A stretch of 64,000 nucleotides of DNA from Klebsiella phage EI: the sequence record MN106245.1; one strand, written 5' to 3'. Below, piece by piece: positions 46,191 to 55,275 of the stretch (the stretch's first letter is position 1; each line of letters starts with the position of its first letter). The notes under the pieces were generated by a model. It was not told where the DNA came from, made no database searches, and saw only the letters and a list, made by a program, of their open reading frames with translations. The position numbers were made by a program, and so were the translations under genes.

Positions 46191-46522
46191 ACGGATTTAT
46201 GAGCCTTAAGTTGTGCTTCATTCATTTTAGCTTCAATCTCTAAATCCAGCTCATCTAAAGCTTCTTTGAAGTCTTTTGCTGCTTGGATCTGGTCGTGATC
46301 CATAATAATAAGATGAATTGCTTTAGACTTCAAGATATGTCTTTTTCTAAACTCGATCATACCATGTGGATACATTCTCACATAGTGATAGGCTAGATTA
46401 ACAGCCTGCGCATACTTGATTGCAGCTGCAATCATATCAGATGCAAAGACATCTCGGATTTTAAGGTATTTTCTTACACAGCTCATTAGTAGAACTCCAC
46501 TGCTAAGTACCAGATAAGCCAT
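46169..46522 (-). CDS. hypothetical protein, 117 aa
   Basis: ORF track. Confidence 0.4.
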   Translation of the reverse strand: MAYLVLSSGVLLMSCVRKYLKIRDVFASDMIAAAIKYAQAVNLAYHYVRMYPHGMIEFRKRHILKSKAIHLIIMDHDQIQAAKDFKEALDELDLEIEAKMNEAQLKAHKSVWFTGDR

Positions 46523-46689
46523 AAAGGCCAGGTGAACATGTTTAACGCCAAAAAGAAATTTCTTACTTTCTGGTCGTTACGCCCTGGCATAGCCCAATCG
46601 GTCTTATGGTTGATACAAAAACCTACAGACATCCAAAGCATCAAAAACAGTAAAGCACCCATTATGATTTCCTTTCCATGATGTAGCAA
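46486..46689 (-). CDS. small membrane protein, 67 aa
   Basis: TM helices. Confidence 0.35.
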   Translation of the reverse strand: MLHHGKEIIMGALLFLMLWMSVGFCINHKTDWAMPGRNDQKVRNFFLALNMFTWPLWLIWYLAVEFY

Positions 46690-47120
46690 TAAGGGTCGTC
46701 AATGTCCATACGGAGCCAGAATACACCGAGCTGAATATTTCCAGGATCCGAAGTCTTAGAGCCGGTGCAACGACCACGATCTCGACGAGAGTAGCGGTGG
46801 TGGCCATTTTCGTCCATCACGGTTTCATAGCCAGTACGCTTTTCTTTAACGTTAAGGTCTTTGAACTCGACGATTTTAACTTTCTTGCCTTCTAGAGTTT
46901 CGTAGGTATGGCCTACTTCAAAGTAAGAATGCTGACCGCCTGAGACCATCACGATAACATCTTCAACATTCTGCTCTGGGAAAGATACCCCATTTGTCTG
47001 GCCGTGTTGGAACACCGCTTGGTATTCGTTTTCGGCGCTGATAGAAACTTTACGGAACTTGCCGTCCCATATACCGTCAACAAAACGTTTGAATTTGATT
47101 TCATATACATATAATTTCAT
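46662..47120 (-). CDS. hypothetical protein, 152 aa (start refined)
   Basis: ATG 47120 with GAGGAA SD; track ORF extended to 47186. Confidence 0.45.
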   Translation of the reverse strand: MKLYVYEIKFKRFVDGIWDGKFRKVSISAENEYQAVFQHGQTNGVSFPEQNVEDVIVMVSGGQHSYFEVGHTYETLEGKKVKIVEFKDLNVKEKRTGYETVMDENGHHRYSRRDRGRCTGSKTSDPGNIQLGVFWLRMDIDDPYCYIMERKS

Positions 47121-47296
47121 AAGTTCCTCACATAAATGTAAAGTCTGATTCCTGGAGTGTGTAGCAACGCCCTGTGGCTTTTTCAAGAAAAGTGTAATAC
47201 ATTACACCTTCTACCTCACGTTGTTCCTGGAGCACACCTATAATCTTATTAGGGCCAAAGCACCACATAATAGCTTTCATATTTACCTCTTTAGTT

Positions 47297-47334
47297 GTGT
47301 AGGTCTATAATATCATGACATACGAGGATGTAAA
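47297..47334 (-). promoter_or_regulatory. early promoter P9 (GTTTACA -35, TATTAT -10)
   Basis: GTTTAC revcomp 47329-47334. Confidence 0.5.
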
Positions 47335-47340
47335 CACCTA

Positions 47341-47368
47341 AACGAAAAAAGGCTCCCGAAGGAGCCTT
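47341..47368 (-). terminator. rho-independent terminator (AAGGCTCC-ttcg-GGAGCCTT + TTTTTTCG)
   Basis: 8-bp stem, U-tract on minus strand, right after stop of 47373..47633. Confidence 0.7.
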
Positions 47369-47372
47369 ACTT

Positions 47373-47633
47373 TTATTTGAAAGGACGAGGACCTTTCGGC
47401 AGATGCTTTTTGATTTGGCTCTCAGCTAAATTAGCCGGAATAGAAATTAGCCAACCGATAGCGTGGTAGAAGCCAGACCAGATAACAATAGGAAGCCAGA
47501 ACAGAACGTACGTCCACCACCCTAAAGAAGATTCGATGTAGTCAGTAGCAACCATCTTGTTAGCAATGATGAACCCAACTACAAAGTACGCAATAGCAAT
47601 CACGATAGGCATAGCAATCCAAAATAAGCTCAT
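47373..47633 (-). CDS. membrane protein, 86 aa
   Basis: Three hydrophobic segments. Confidence 0.45.
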   Translation of the reverse strand: MSLFWIAMPIVIAIAYFVVGFIIANKMVATDYIESSLGWWTYVLFWLPIVIWSGFYHAIGWLISIPANLAESQIKKHLPKGPRPFK

Positions 47634-47646
47634 AATATTTCCTCTT

Positions 47647-47691
47647 GTGTGGTAGAAGATTATACTACCACACGTTAAAAGCTTTGTAAAC
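47647..47691 (-). promoter_or_regulatory. early promoter/stem-loop cassette P10 (perfect IR GTGTGGTAG/CTACCACAC around TATAAT)
   Basis: GTTTAC revcomp 47686-47691. Confidence 0.55.
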
Positions 47692-48716
47692 TACCGATAA
47701 TAAGACCGGTGGTTCTCAAGATAAACTTTCTCGACGAAGTCGTTCCAGAAAGTCATGTCGACTTTATCGCGCATTCCGTTCTTATGAGCAAGTGCTGCTA
47801 AGCGTTCAACCTGGTCAACAGTGTCTTCTAGAAGTTCTTGAACATATTTGAACGGTAACTTACCAGCTTTGATTTCTTTAATCAAATCTGCTGATGATAG
47901 AGGGAATACTAAATCACCGGTGTGGTAAATTTCACGTAACTGGATGCCAGCACGATATGCGTGGCTCAAAGCTTTCCAGTCAACACCTTCGTTAGCTTCT
48001 GCTTTGCGAGCACGTTCACCGTATTCGGATTCAAGCTTAGTCAGACTGTACTTAATTTCAGCAACAGTGATTGTATCTTGGAACTTACGGCCTAGAACGT
48101 TATAGAAACGCTGAACACCCATTTTAGAGTCAACGTCGTCTTTCCAGAACAAGAATTCTGACGTAGGCAGAAGGTGTTCAATTTCGCCTAATTTCCAGCG
48201 TTGGTTGTGAGCCTTATCTTTAGGCCGATCAGCATATTTCCATTCTGGATATTGGTTCAGAACTTCTAATACGCGTTTCAGTTCAGCTAATCGAGAACCC
48301 TTTACACCATACTTAGCGGCTTGCTTACGGACATACCCTAAATATGACTTCATGTCTGTAGTATAGAACCGAGAACGGTTGTCTTGGATGAATTTCCAGA
48401 CATCAGGCAAATCAGATTTAACAACCAGGTCTGATGGAGTATGCAGCATATCAAGTGCTACGGTTTCACCAGACTGAGCCAGTTCAAAGAAGTATTTCAG
48501 ACTATAAAGCTCATGGTCAACATCATCATGAGTGTTCTTAGTAGCCGTGTTGTTGGTGTTCATGTTAAAGTGATTCGGTGCTCGTCCCATTAGAATATCA
48601 CGAGGGTGCGGAACGAAGATTTCTTTGAAATCTACATCACTTTCCGGAGTAGAGGTCCCATAAAGATGAGACCCGAAGTAAGCTTTTACAATTGTTTTCA
48701 ATCTGGTGTACCCCAA
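47691..48716 (-). CDS. Pol-beta-superfamily nucleotidyltransferase-domain protein, 341 aa
   Basis: N-terminal FGSHLYGTSTPESDVDF = hG[GS]-x9-13-D-h-D NTase signature. Confidence 0.5.
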   Translation of the reverse strand: MGYTRLKTIVKAYFGSHLYGTSTPESDVDFKEIFVPHPRDILMGRAPNHFNMNTNNTATKNTHDDVDHELYSLKYFFELAQSGETVALDMLHTPSDLVVKSDLPDVWKFIQDNRSRFYTTDMKSYLGYVRKQAAKYGVKGSRLAELKRVLEVLNQYPEWKYADRPKDKAHNQRWKLGEIEHLLPTSEFLFWKDDVDSKMGVQRFYNVLGRKFQDTITVAEIKYSLTKLESEYGERARKAEANEGVDWKALSHAYRAGIQLREIYHTGDLVFPLSSADLIKEIKAGKLPFKYVQELLEDTVDQVERLAALAHKNGMRDKVDMTFWNDFVEKVYLENHRSYYR

Positions 48717-49255
48717 CGAAGACCATGGAATTTTTCAATCATACACTTGTCAGTAAAGTTAATCTGCAGACCGCCGCCATCCGGGGTGCTTGCAAACATC
48801 ATCTGACCATTAGAACTAATCGCCAAGATTTCAAACGTGTTGCCGGATTTAACGAATGAATCACCTACTTCAACTGGGGCCCAGACATACTGTTCACCTG
48901 CACGATTGTAGCTAAGGTCTTTAGGACTTACCTCTTCACGGAAGTTACGAGCCGTCCGATGCATGCATTTTACACGGTGGCAAGATACTTTATATTCTGT
49001 AAAGATAGCAATTTCACAGTACCCAGTATTACTTCCTTTAACTAAATACCGGGCACCAGATTCAGCCAAGAAAATATTATAAGTACCGTGGTTGTTAAAA
49101 GAGATAAAGTCGACGTTACATTCGATTTTATATCCGTCTTCAGTAAGAATCTCAAGAGAATCCTGTCGAGCCAAAGTATCTTTCAGCTGGACTTTAGATT
49201 TGACCTGTTTAATAAACATGTTAACCTCGTTTACCTGAGTGCCATTGGCCGTCAA
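48698..49255 (-). CDS. hypothetical protein, 185 aa
   Basis: ORF track. Confidence 0.45.
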   Translation of the reverse strand: MTANGTQVNEVNMFIKQVKSKVQLKDTLARQDSLEILTEDGYKIECNVDFISFNNHGTYNIFLAESGARYLVKGSNTGYCEIAIFTEYKVSCHRVKCMHRTARNFREEVSPKDLSYNRAGEQYVWAPVEVGDSFVKSGNTFEILAISSNGQMMFASTPDGGGLQINFTDKCMIEKFHGLRWGTPD

Positions 49256-49454
49256 AATAAATGTCTAAATCAAATGGCTTATTGTCTTCAACATACTGTT
49301 TAGAAGAAATAGTATTATGAATTACCTTAAGCACTTCACCGTTGTCTTTAAAGACAAATACAGCAACAGGGAAATAGAACATGCCACTTTTAATCACTGT
49401 TGCATTAAAAACGGCCTCTCGGCCGTTTACTACATAAGTTTGATCGTTTTTCAT
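49221..49454 (-). CDS. hypothetical protein, 77 aa
   Basis: ORF track. Confidence 0.35.
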   Translation of the reverse strand: MKNDQTYVVNGREAVFNATVIKSGMFYFPVAVFVFKDNGEVLKVIHNTISSKQYVEDNKPFDLDIYFDGQWHSGKRG

Positions 49455-49885
49455 TTGAACTCGATAAAATGACAGGTTTTGTCTTTGAATGATTTATACG
49501 CTGACTTAATGAAGCCTGGCTCAGGTTTAACATACGTACCATTTGCACGAGCTTCGTATTCTTCAGCTTCTTTACGAGATCTACGTTTTTCGTAAAGATA
49601 CCAAATACAGTAGATAGGACTGGCGATAAGTCCAAGAATTAACACAATCGCCATCAGACCGGTTAATGTTGCTGGCAGAAGCATAAAACCTGCCGAGCTA
49701 ATACCAAGTGCAGTAAAAATACTTACACCCGTGGATCCGAACCACAGAAGTAAACATACTGCTAAAGCAATAAACACCATCAGAAGCCAGAGCACTTGAC
49801 GAATGTATCCGCAGAGATCTCTCTTAGGAGAATCTAGCAGATAAGTGACCATTTTGCAGTGCCAAGAATCACGTTTGATAATCAT
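49451..49885 (-). CDS. membrane protein, 144 aa
   Basis: Multiple TM segments. Confidence 0.45.
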   Translation of the reverse strand: MIIKRDSWHCKMVTYLLDSPKRDLCGYIRQVLWLLMVFIALAVCLLLWFGSTGVSIFTALGISSAGFMLLPATLTGLMAIVLILGLIASPIYCIWYLYEKRRSRKEAEEYEARANGTYVKPEPGFIKSAYKSFKDKTCHFIEFK

Positions 49886-49887
49886 TT

Positions 49888-50139
49888 TTATTTGTCCATA
49901 GTTGGAATAACAGAATTCAGATAAGCAACAAGTGCCTGAGCTTCAGCTTTAGTAAAGGTGACCCAGTTAAGTTCATCTTCCTTTTCATCAAACTGCTTTA
50001 CATGAATGACGTCGCAGTTAAGTTCTGCAAAATTAGAAGTAGGAAATACCGACAGATCTGTGTCGGATTCACCGGGAAAGTCTGATTCAATTTTAGCCGC
50101 AGAAGATGATGTTGGGTACTGCCACTTTAGTAAACTCAT
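49888..50139 (-). CDS. hypothetical acidic protein, 83 aa (start refined)
   Basis: ATG 50139 with GAGGAAAA SD. Confidence 0.4.
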   Translation of the reverse strand: MSLLKWQYPTSSSAAKIESDFPGESDTDLSVFPTSNFAELNCDVIHVKQFDEKEDELNWVTFTKAEAQALVAYLNSVIPTMDK

Positions 50140-50159
50140 TTTGTTTTCCTCGTTTGTTT

Positions 50160-50199
50160 GTGTAGGAATACTATACCACAACATTACCAGCTTGTAAAC
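50160..50199 (-). promoter_or_regulatory. early promoter P11
   Basis: GTTTAC revcomp 50194-50199, -10 TATAGTAT. Confidence 0.45.
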
Positions 50200-50452
50200 T
50201 CTCTGCTGCACGAGTCATTACTTCAGCCCAAGCATCAGCATTGCTTATACGAACGATACGGACGCTAGCCGGTTGGCTATCAATATCTTTAACAAACCTT
50301 TCTTGGTTATATTTCAAGATAGCTTCAGGGTGATATACCATATACATTAAACTTCCTGTAGCGCCGCGGTACTGGCAGATTTCTACAGATTCATCGCCTG
50401 TGTAAGTACGGGTTAAAATCAAATCACCAACTTCAAGTTTACCAATGCTCAT
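50171..50452 (-). CDS. hypothetical protein, 93 aa
   Basis: ORF track. Confidence 0.4.
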   Translation of the reverse strand: MSIGKLEVGDLILTRTYTGDESVEICQYRGATGSLMYMVYHPEAILKYNQERFVKDIDSQPASVRIVRISNADAWAEVMTRAAESLQAGNVVV

Positions 50453-50706
50453 CTCATGCTCCTATGCCAGCAGTTACGTGGCTCACGTTTAAAAATTTCA
50501 TCGTTCATCTCCTGACAACTGATGCAGTATATCACACCTTTAATTGCCTGGCGTCTTGCTTCAGGAATAGGTTCTTCACACTCAAAGCAACGATAAAGCG
50601 ATTCACGTTCGGTATTGAACTGGGAGCGAGCGTGAACTACTGCAGCCTGTACAACTGCAGCGATTTCATCTTGCTCAGCTCCGTCTTTAGCAAACCCAAC
50701 AGCCAT
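50449..50706 (-). CDS. DksA/TraR-type C4 zinc-finger protein, 85 aa
   Basis: CFECEEPIPEARRQAIKGVIYCISCQ = CxxC-x17-CxxC. Confidence 0.5.
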   Translation of the reverse strand: MAVGFAKDGAEQDEIAAVVQAAVVHARSQFNTERESLYRCFECEEPIPEARRQAIKGVIYCISCQEMNDEIFKREPRNCWHRSMR

Positions 50707-50746
50707 TACAGCTCCTTAAGATAATCGAAAGGTTTTTGATCTGTGG

Positions 50747-50932
50747 TCATAGCCGTTCCACAATTTCGTTAACGCGTTTCTGGAGTTTTTCCATACGAGC
50801 TTTATGCTCTAAAGCTGGGAACGTAGGAGTAACTGCGGCGCCAAACAGAACGGAAGCTTCTTTAAGCTCGAAAATAGCTTTAATCAATTCTGCTTTTACA
50901 GAGGAATTTACCATATTCATTAGAGCACCCAC
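50747..50932 (-). CDS. hypothetical protein, 61 aa
   Basis: ORF track. Confidence 0.35.
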   Translation of the reverse strand: MGALMNMVNSSVKAELIKAIFELKEASVLFGAAVTPTFPALEHKARMEKLQKRVNEIVERL

Positions 50933-51186
50933 TCAGCGATTTCTTTAGCAACACGTTCAGCTTCACCATCGGCTAGCCAACTGAACTCATCTTCAATAAG
51001 AGTAGTTTTCTCTTCTACCGAAGCAGAAGTTTCTACCCAGAATCCGAACGACGCATTAACTGAAAAATCTTCAGTGCAGATGCCGACTTCATCGATAGCT
51101 GGGATGAACTTAAAGTTAAGAGTCAACGGTCTGCCGTCTTTGTGAAGCACTTTCATTTCGCCATACTTACGGAATGTGTTAATCAT
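50920..51186 (-). CDS. hypothetical protein, 88 aa
   Basis: ORF track; promoter P12 upstream. Confidence 0.4.
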   Translation of the reverse strand: MINTFRKYGEMKVLHKDGRPLTLNFKFIPAIDEVGICTEDFSVNASFGFWVETSASVEEKTTLIEDEFSWLADGEAERVAKEIAEWVL

Positions 51187-51204
51187 AATATTCTCCTCAT
51201 GTTT

Positions 51205-51244
51205 GTGTAAGGATATACTAACATGTCCTACTACCGTTGTAAAC
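51205..51244 (-). promoter_or_regulatory. early promoter/stem-loop cassette P12 (IR GTAAGGA/TCCTAC)
   Basis: GTTTAC revcomp 51239-51244. Confidence 0.5.
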
Positions 51245-51248
51245 CCCT

Positions 51249-51272
51249 AAAGGGACCAAAAAGGTCCCCTTA
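51249..51272 (-). terminator. hairpin AGGGGACC-ttttt-GGTCCCT
   Basis: Downstream of 51277..51663. Confidence 0.4.
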
Positions 51273-51276
51273 AGAT

Positions 51277-51663
51277 TTAATCTAATGAAAGCAAGTACTT
51301 AGTTTGATAGCAAAGAGCATTAATCTCATCAATGATGTTTTTAATGGCCCCAGGCATAGTTTCATAGATGCGTTCTGACTCACTTATGATGTGATCAAGC
51401 ATCTTTATTGCATCAGGCGGGAGATCTTTTTGAGCAGGAATAGCAGGAGAGTATTTCTTTCCAGAAAATCCTAACCAAGTTTCTCCAAAAGAATCTGTTA
51501 ACGCCGGAATGTTGCTAAAAAAGTTATCGTATGCTTTGTGTCGCGAGTAACTTTTGGTTTCAAAATGCGCCGAGTGAAAATATGACGCAGAAGCCATTAA
51601 AAGACCTAAGTAATTATCTGCCTCATTAGGTTTACCAGATGTTACAAACTCATTGAACTTCAT
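51277..51663 (-). CDS. hypothetical protein, 128 aa
   Basis: ORF track. Confidence 0.45.
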   Translation of the reverse strand: MKFNEFVTSGKPNEADNYLGLLMASASYFHSAHFETKSYSRHKAYDNFFSNIPALTDSFGETWLGFSGKKYSPAIPAQKDLPPDAIKMLDHIISESERIYETMPGAIKNIIDEINALCYQTKYLLSLD

Positions 51664-51931
51664 GGTCTAATGGTATCCTCATTTGGGATGCATACTGTAG
51701 TCCGGCGTTGATGCCGGTAACAGAGCATTCACTAGTACAATTTACAGTTGACCATTTGTTTTTAATAAAGCTATAGAACTGCTCTGACTCTTGTTTACTT
51801 GGTTTTTGGAACTGGGCGTAAACCTTTAAAGCGCCTTCGACGTATTGATTAAATCCTTCTGTTTCTGTTGCTACAACAGGAAGACTAATACAAACACCTA
51901 CGGCGAGACAAAGTGAGTGTTTAAAGGCCAT
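51650..51931 (-). CDS. secreted protein, 93 aa
   Basis: Signal peptide MAFKHSLCLAVGVCISLPVVA. Confidence 0.4.
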   Translation of the reverse strand: MAFKHSLCLAVGVCISLPVVATETEGFNQYVEGALKVYAQFQKPSKQESEQFYSFIKNKWSTVNCTSECSVTGINAGLQYASQMRIPLDHEVQ

Positions 51932-51939
51932 AAGGCCTC

Positions 51940-52158
51940 CTATTTTTGACCAGTATTACGTTTATGCTGTAAAACAGCCTTAACTGCATCGAGGTATCTT
52001 TCGTGAGAACGCATACGCTTATAGTCCGCTTCAGAATCAGTTTCTTTATAAGAAATACGAAGTGCTGAAATAATGTGCCCAACCTCAAGTCGAATTTCGT
52101 CTAATTGAGAAATGGTCAAATTACGGAGTTGCTTATGTGACAAATGCTTCATATACAC
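51940..52158 (-). CDS. hypothetical protein, 72 aa
   Basis: ORF track. Confidence 0.4.
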   Translation of the reverse strand: MYMKHLSHKQLRNLTISQLDEIRLEVGHIISALRISYKETDSEADYKRMRSHERYLDAVKAVLQHKRNTGQK

Positions 52159-52310
52159 CTCTTGAGTTAGTTTACAAACGTATTTATCAGCTAAAAATTA
52201 ATTTGCATTTACATTTAGGTTCTTTATTTTTAAGACGCTTGGTAGCAGTCCTAGGCGCCTTATTATAATCATAGACGTGTAGACAACGATAGCACATCAC
52301 CCATTTCATA

Positions 52311-52892
52311 TTATTTTCCAGTCACTAATTCGAACCAATGTTTACGGCAAAGAGAAACATATCTGTCTTCACCACCTAATTCAATTTTATCACCTTCTAG
52401 TACAGCATTACCTTCTTCATCAATACGCGCTACCATTGTTGCTTTACGACCGCAATGACAAACACCTTTAAGTTCTACCAACTTATCGGCAACTGCTAAT
52501 AAAGTTTCTGATCCTTCAAATAGATTACCTTGGAAATCTGTACGAAGGCCGTAGGCCATCACAGGAACGTTGTATTGGTCTACAATTTTACACAGTTCTA
52601 TCACGTGGTGCCGAGTTAAGAACTGGGCTTCATCGACAAATACACAGTGGATGTCACGCTGCGTTTGGGCCCATTTAAAGAATTCGAATATATCCATATC
52701 AGGAGTAATGATATTCGCTTCCTGTCTAAGCCCGAGTCTAGATACAACTTCAGTAGATGAATCACGGCCATCAACGCCAGGCTTAAGAATCAATGTACCC
52801 ATACCACGTTCTTTGTAGTTATGAGCGGCCGTCAACAGGTTGGCGGACTTACCAGCGTTCATTGCTGCGTAGTTAAAGTACAATTGAGCCAT
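52311..52892 (-). CDS. tk: thymidine kinase, 193 aa
   Basis: MNAGKSANLL P-loop, VDEAQF, C-terminal CxCG..C zinc ribbon; same length as T4 Tk. Confidence 0.85.
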   Translation of the reverse strand: MAQLYFNYAAMNAGKSANLLTAAHNYKERGMGTLILKPGVDGRDSSTEVVSRLGLRQEANIITPDMDIFEFFKWAQTQRDIHCVFVDEAQFLTRHHVIELCKIVDQYNVPVMAYGLRTDFQGNLFEGSETLLAVADKLVELKGVCHCGRKATMVARIDEEGNAVLEGDKIELGGEDRYVSLCRKHWFELVTGK

Positions 52893-52893
52893 T

Positions 52894-53066
52894 AGTTACC
52901 TCGAAGTTCTTCGATTTTATTTTCTATTTGCTGCCAAAGAGTTTCGTATTCTTCTTGAAGTTCTTTAATGTACCGACGGGATTTATTCCACTTATTTTCT
53001 TCAAAAGCGATATCAGACGCCAAAGAAGAATAAGATTGAATCATTTCTTTTAATTCACAGCCCATT
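52894..53066 (-). CDS. hypothetical small protein ~55 aa (MGCELKEMIQSY...)
   Basis: TAATG overlap with tk start; below track cutoff. Confidence 0.3.
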
Positions 53067-53230
53067 AATAAAATCCTTCAAAGCGTTCCAGGCATTAGCG
53101 TGGTCAAGACCTTCATCGTCGCAGTCCCAACCACCATCTGCTAGCCAGGTATAAGCATAATGAGCACCAACGTACTCATCGATTAAACGAAACATCTCGG
53201 CCTTTTGTTCAGTAGTCACCTTCGATGCCA
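53054..53230 (-). CDS. hypothetical small acidic protein ~58 aa (MASKVTTEQKAEMFRLIDEY...)
   Basis: fills gap 53071-53208; below track cutoff. Confidence 0.3.
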
Positions 53231-53409
53231 TCCATACTTAAAACTTGTAGACGTTGTTTATCTAAAGCTATAATAGATTGGATATATGCATCATCTGTAC
53301 CGATGATAGAAGCAGTACCAACCTTTTTAGCTAAACGGATTAGTTCATCGATGTTTTCGATGATATACTCTTTTTCTTCTTCAGACATATTCATTATGAA
53401 CCGTCCCAA
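53209..53409 (-). CDS. hypothetical protein, 66 aa
   Basis: ORF track. Confidence 0.35.
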   Translation of the reverse strand: MGRFIMNMSEEEKEYIIENIDELIRLAKKVGTASIIGTDDAYIQSIIALDKQRLQVLSMDGIEGDY

Positions 53410-53858
53410 TCTACTACAATAATGTTAGTATGGTCGGTGAACATATTAATGATTGTTTCGATTTTAGCCCAATCACCACCAGCTATACCGGCTCCAATCC
53501 GAGGAATATAAACTGTTAGAGGAGTGATTTGATTTTCAGATATCATATCAAGACGTCTGAAGGCGTTCAACAAGGCCCCGTAATCTAGATTCCGACCAGG
53601 ATTATATTGGGTATATAAATTGAAGCAATACGCCTTTCCTTCAGGCTGGCTATTTGCTGCTATAGTAATAAGGCCGAGTTTTTCTCGGTCGCCAAGCTCA
53701 GTTTCACGGATATCTGCTTCTAATACTTGTGGAAAGGCTTTAGCAAGCTGACCAGCTATACCAGCGCCCATTTGGTGATGGCAATTACAGCCATGCGCGA
53801 TATGATGCCCGGTTTTAAACAGTTCTACGATATTGCCGGAGATGTATTGGGTTATCAT
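53394..53858 (-). CDS. macro-domain protein (ADP-ribose binding / O-acetyl-ADP-ribose deacetylase or ADP-ribosylhydrolase-like), 154 aa
   Basis: GNIVELFKTGHHIAHGCNCHHQMGAGIAGQ..IGAGIAGGDW classic macro motifs. Confidence 0.6.
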   Translation of the reverse strand: MITQYISGNIVELFKTGHHIAHGCNCHHQMGAGIAGQLAKAFPQVLEADIRETELGDREKLGLITIAANSQPEGKAYCFNLYTQYNPGRNLDYGALLNAFRRLDMISENQITPLTVYIPRIGAGIAGGDWAKIETIINMFTDHTNIIVVDWDGS

Positions 53859-54205
53859 TTAGAGTTTAAACCTCTATTGTATGAGTCGACTAAACGGTCG
53901 ACCATAGATTCGCATATTTCTTTATACTTGACATCAGATGGAATACATTCTGTTGTAAGCAGCCTATTTTCATAACGATCCGAAAGTGAATTTTCACGGA
54001 ATCGAGATCTCGAGTCCATCTGACCGTCTTTAAAAGCCATAATAACTTGGTTAGAGAACTCTGTTATGCATTGAACGTTTTTTGGCGAACAGTAGTCTTT
54101 AGCGGTCCTGTGTGCGTATTCGAGGATGCTGGATTTATCGGTACTCTGTGCCGCATTAACTCCCAAACATAAAAATAATCCAAGGGCTAAAGATAATTTT
54201 TTCAT
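53855..54205 (-). CDS. secreted protein, 116 aa
   Basis: Signal peptide MKKLSLALGLFLCLGVNAAQS. Confidence 0.4.
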   Translation of the reverse strand: MKKLSLALGLFLCLGVNAAQSTDKSSILEYAHRTAKDYCSPKNVQCITEFSNQVIMAFKDGQMDSRSRFRENSLSDRYENRLLTTECIPSDVKYKEICESMVDRLVDSYNRGLNSK

Positions 54206-54207
54206 AT

Positions 54208-54747
54208 CTATCCACTAATTAAAATTTCATGCGATTTAAGATAATTCGCCTTTTCTATAACTTGGGAGGCGTATTTATTACCTGCCTTTACGTTCCACCC
54301 CGCATTATAACTAGAGATAGCTTTACGAATATCTCCGTTATGTATATTTAACCAATAACTCAGTTCAATATACGCCCAGCGGGCCGAATGCTTACGATCT
54401 GATAGCATTCTTTTGATTTCTGTATCAGAAAGATTCCAGTTATTTTGTGCAGCCCTATTGCGAACTGTAGGCAAGTAATTTTGAAACACTCCATAAGCGT
54501 GGTGTTTCTTTTTATTCTTACTGGTGTTAATGCCTGCACTTGACTCTTGCCAAGCTATCGCGGCCATAATGTAGCCAAGTCCTTTCTTATCACGAGTCTC
54601 GTGAGTTTTATACTTACCGTCCTTAGTGAATTGTTCCCCGAATTGATATGCGTATTGCAAATTATCGAGTTGGACACTACTGAAGTGGTGCTCAGCACTA
54701 AAAACAGATGCAGAAAGCATCGTAAGTGCCAGGATCGCTTTTTTCAT
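54208..54747 (-). CDS. periplasmic SLT-domain lytic transglycosylase-like protein, 179 aa
   Basis: Signal peptide; AIAWQESS (catalytic E-S), YGVFQ, SSYNAGW motifs of family-1 lytic transglycosylases. Confidence 0.5.
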   Translation of the reverse strand: MKKAILALTMLSASVFSAEHHFSSVQLDNLQYAYQFGEQFTKDGKYKTHETRDKKGLGYIMAAIAWQESSAGINTSKNKKKHHAYGVFQNYLPTVRNRAAQNNWNLSDTEIKRMLSDRKHSARWAYIELSYWLNIHNGDIRKAISSYNAGWNVKAGNKYASQVIEKANYLKSHEILISG

Positions 54748-54756
54748 GTTTTCCTC

Positions 54757-55215
54757 TTAGAGATTAATAACGTATGTGCTGATCTTACCTTTTAAACGTT
54801 TATTGTTAACAAAAGCCATTCGGCATTTCAATGAATACCAACGACCTGGAATATGGTTATCCACAGTCATACCCAGCCATAAGGTGCCATCAGTGACTTC
54901 AAGTCTCTGAGGACGATACACCACATCAGGATCGATATCAGCAGTATCTATAGGCAGAGGTGGTAATTTCAAGAATTCTGAGATCTCTTCGACATGAAGA
55001 TGAATCTTTTTGAAGAGGGCGAATACATACTCTTCATCGATATCGCGTTGGATAGCACGGTCCAACAGATGATTAGAGTATTTAATAAAGAAAGGTTGAA
55101 TTCCAGCCTTGATAGCGGCAGACTTCACAGAAGAATTGATATCTCTGAAAGTAGTTTCAAAGACACGACGGAGCTTATTGCGGCGGATGAAAACGCTTGG
55201 ATCGATGTTAGTCAT
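54757..55215 (-). CDS. regB: RegB endoribonuclease, 152 aa
   Basis: VFIRRNKLRR.FE..FR.IN..YS.HLLDRAIQR.IDE.YVF.LF.KI.. matches recalled T4 RegB. Confidence 0.8.
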   Translation of the reverse strand: MTNIDPSVFIRRNKLRRVFETTFRDINSSVKSAAIKAGIQPFFIKYSNHLLDRAIQRDIDEEYVFALFKKIHLHVEEISEFLKLPPLPIDTADIDPDVVYRPQRLEVTDGTLWLGMTVDNHIPGRWYSLKCRMAFVNNKRLKGKISTYVINL

Positions 55216-55234
55216 TTTAATTTCCTCTCATTTT

Positions 55235-55275
55235 GGTGTAGAAGTACTATACCATACTCCTACACACTTGTAAAC
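55235..55275 (-). promoter_or_regulatory. early promoter/stem-loop cassette P13 (IR GTGTAGAAGTA/TACTCCTACAC) upstream of regB
   Basis: GTTTAC revcomp 55270-55275. Confidence 0.55.

Noticed and set aside
52159-52310. 150-bp intergenic region upstream of tk with plus-strand GTTTACA and TATAAT boxes; checked for tRNA or small RNA
   Set aside because: Boxes are not at promoter spacing (GTTTACA-N17 gives AAAAAT; TATAAT has no -35); no cloverleaf-compatible stems found by eye; left unannotated
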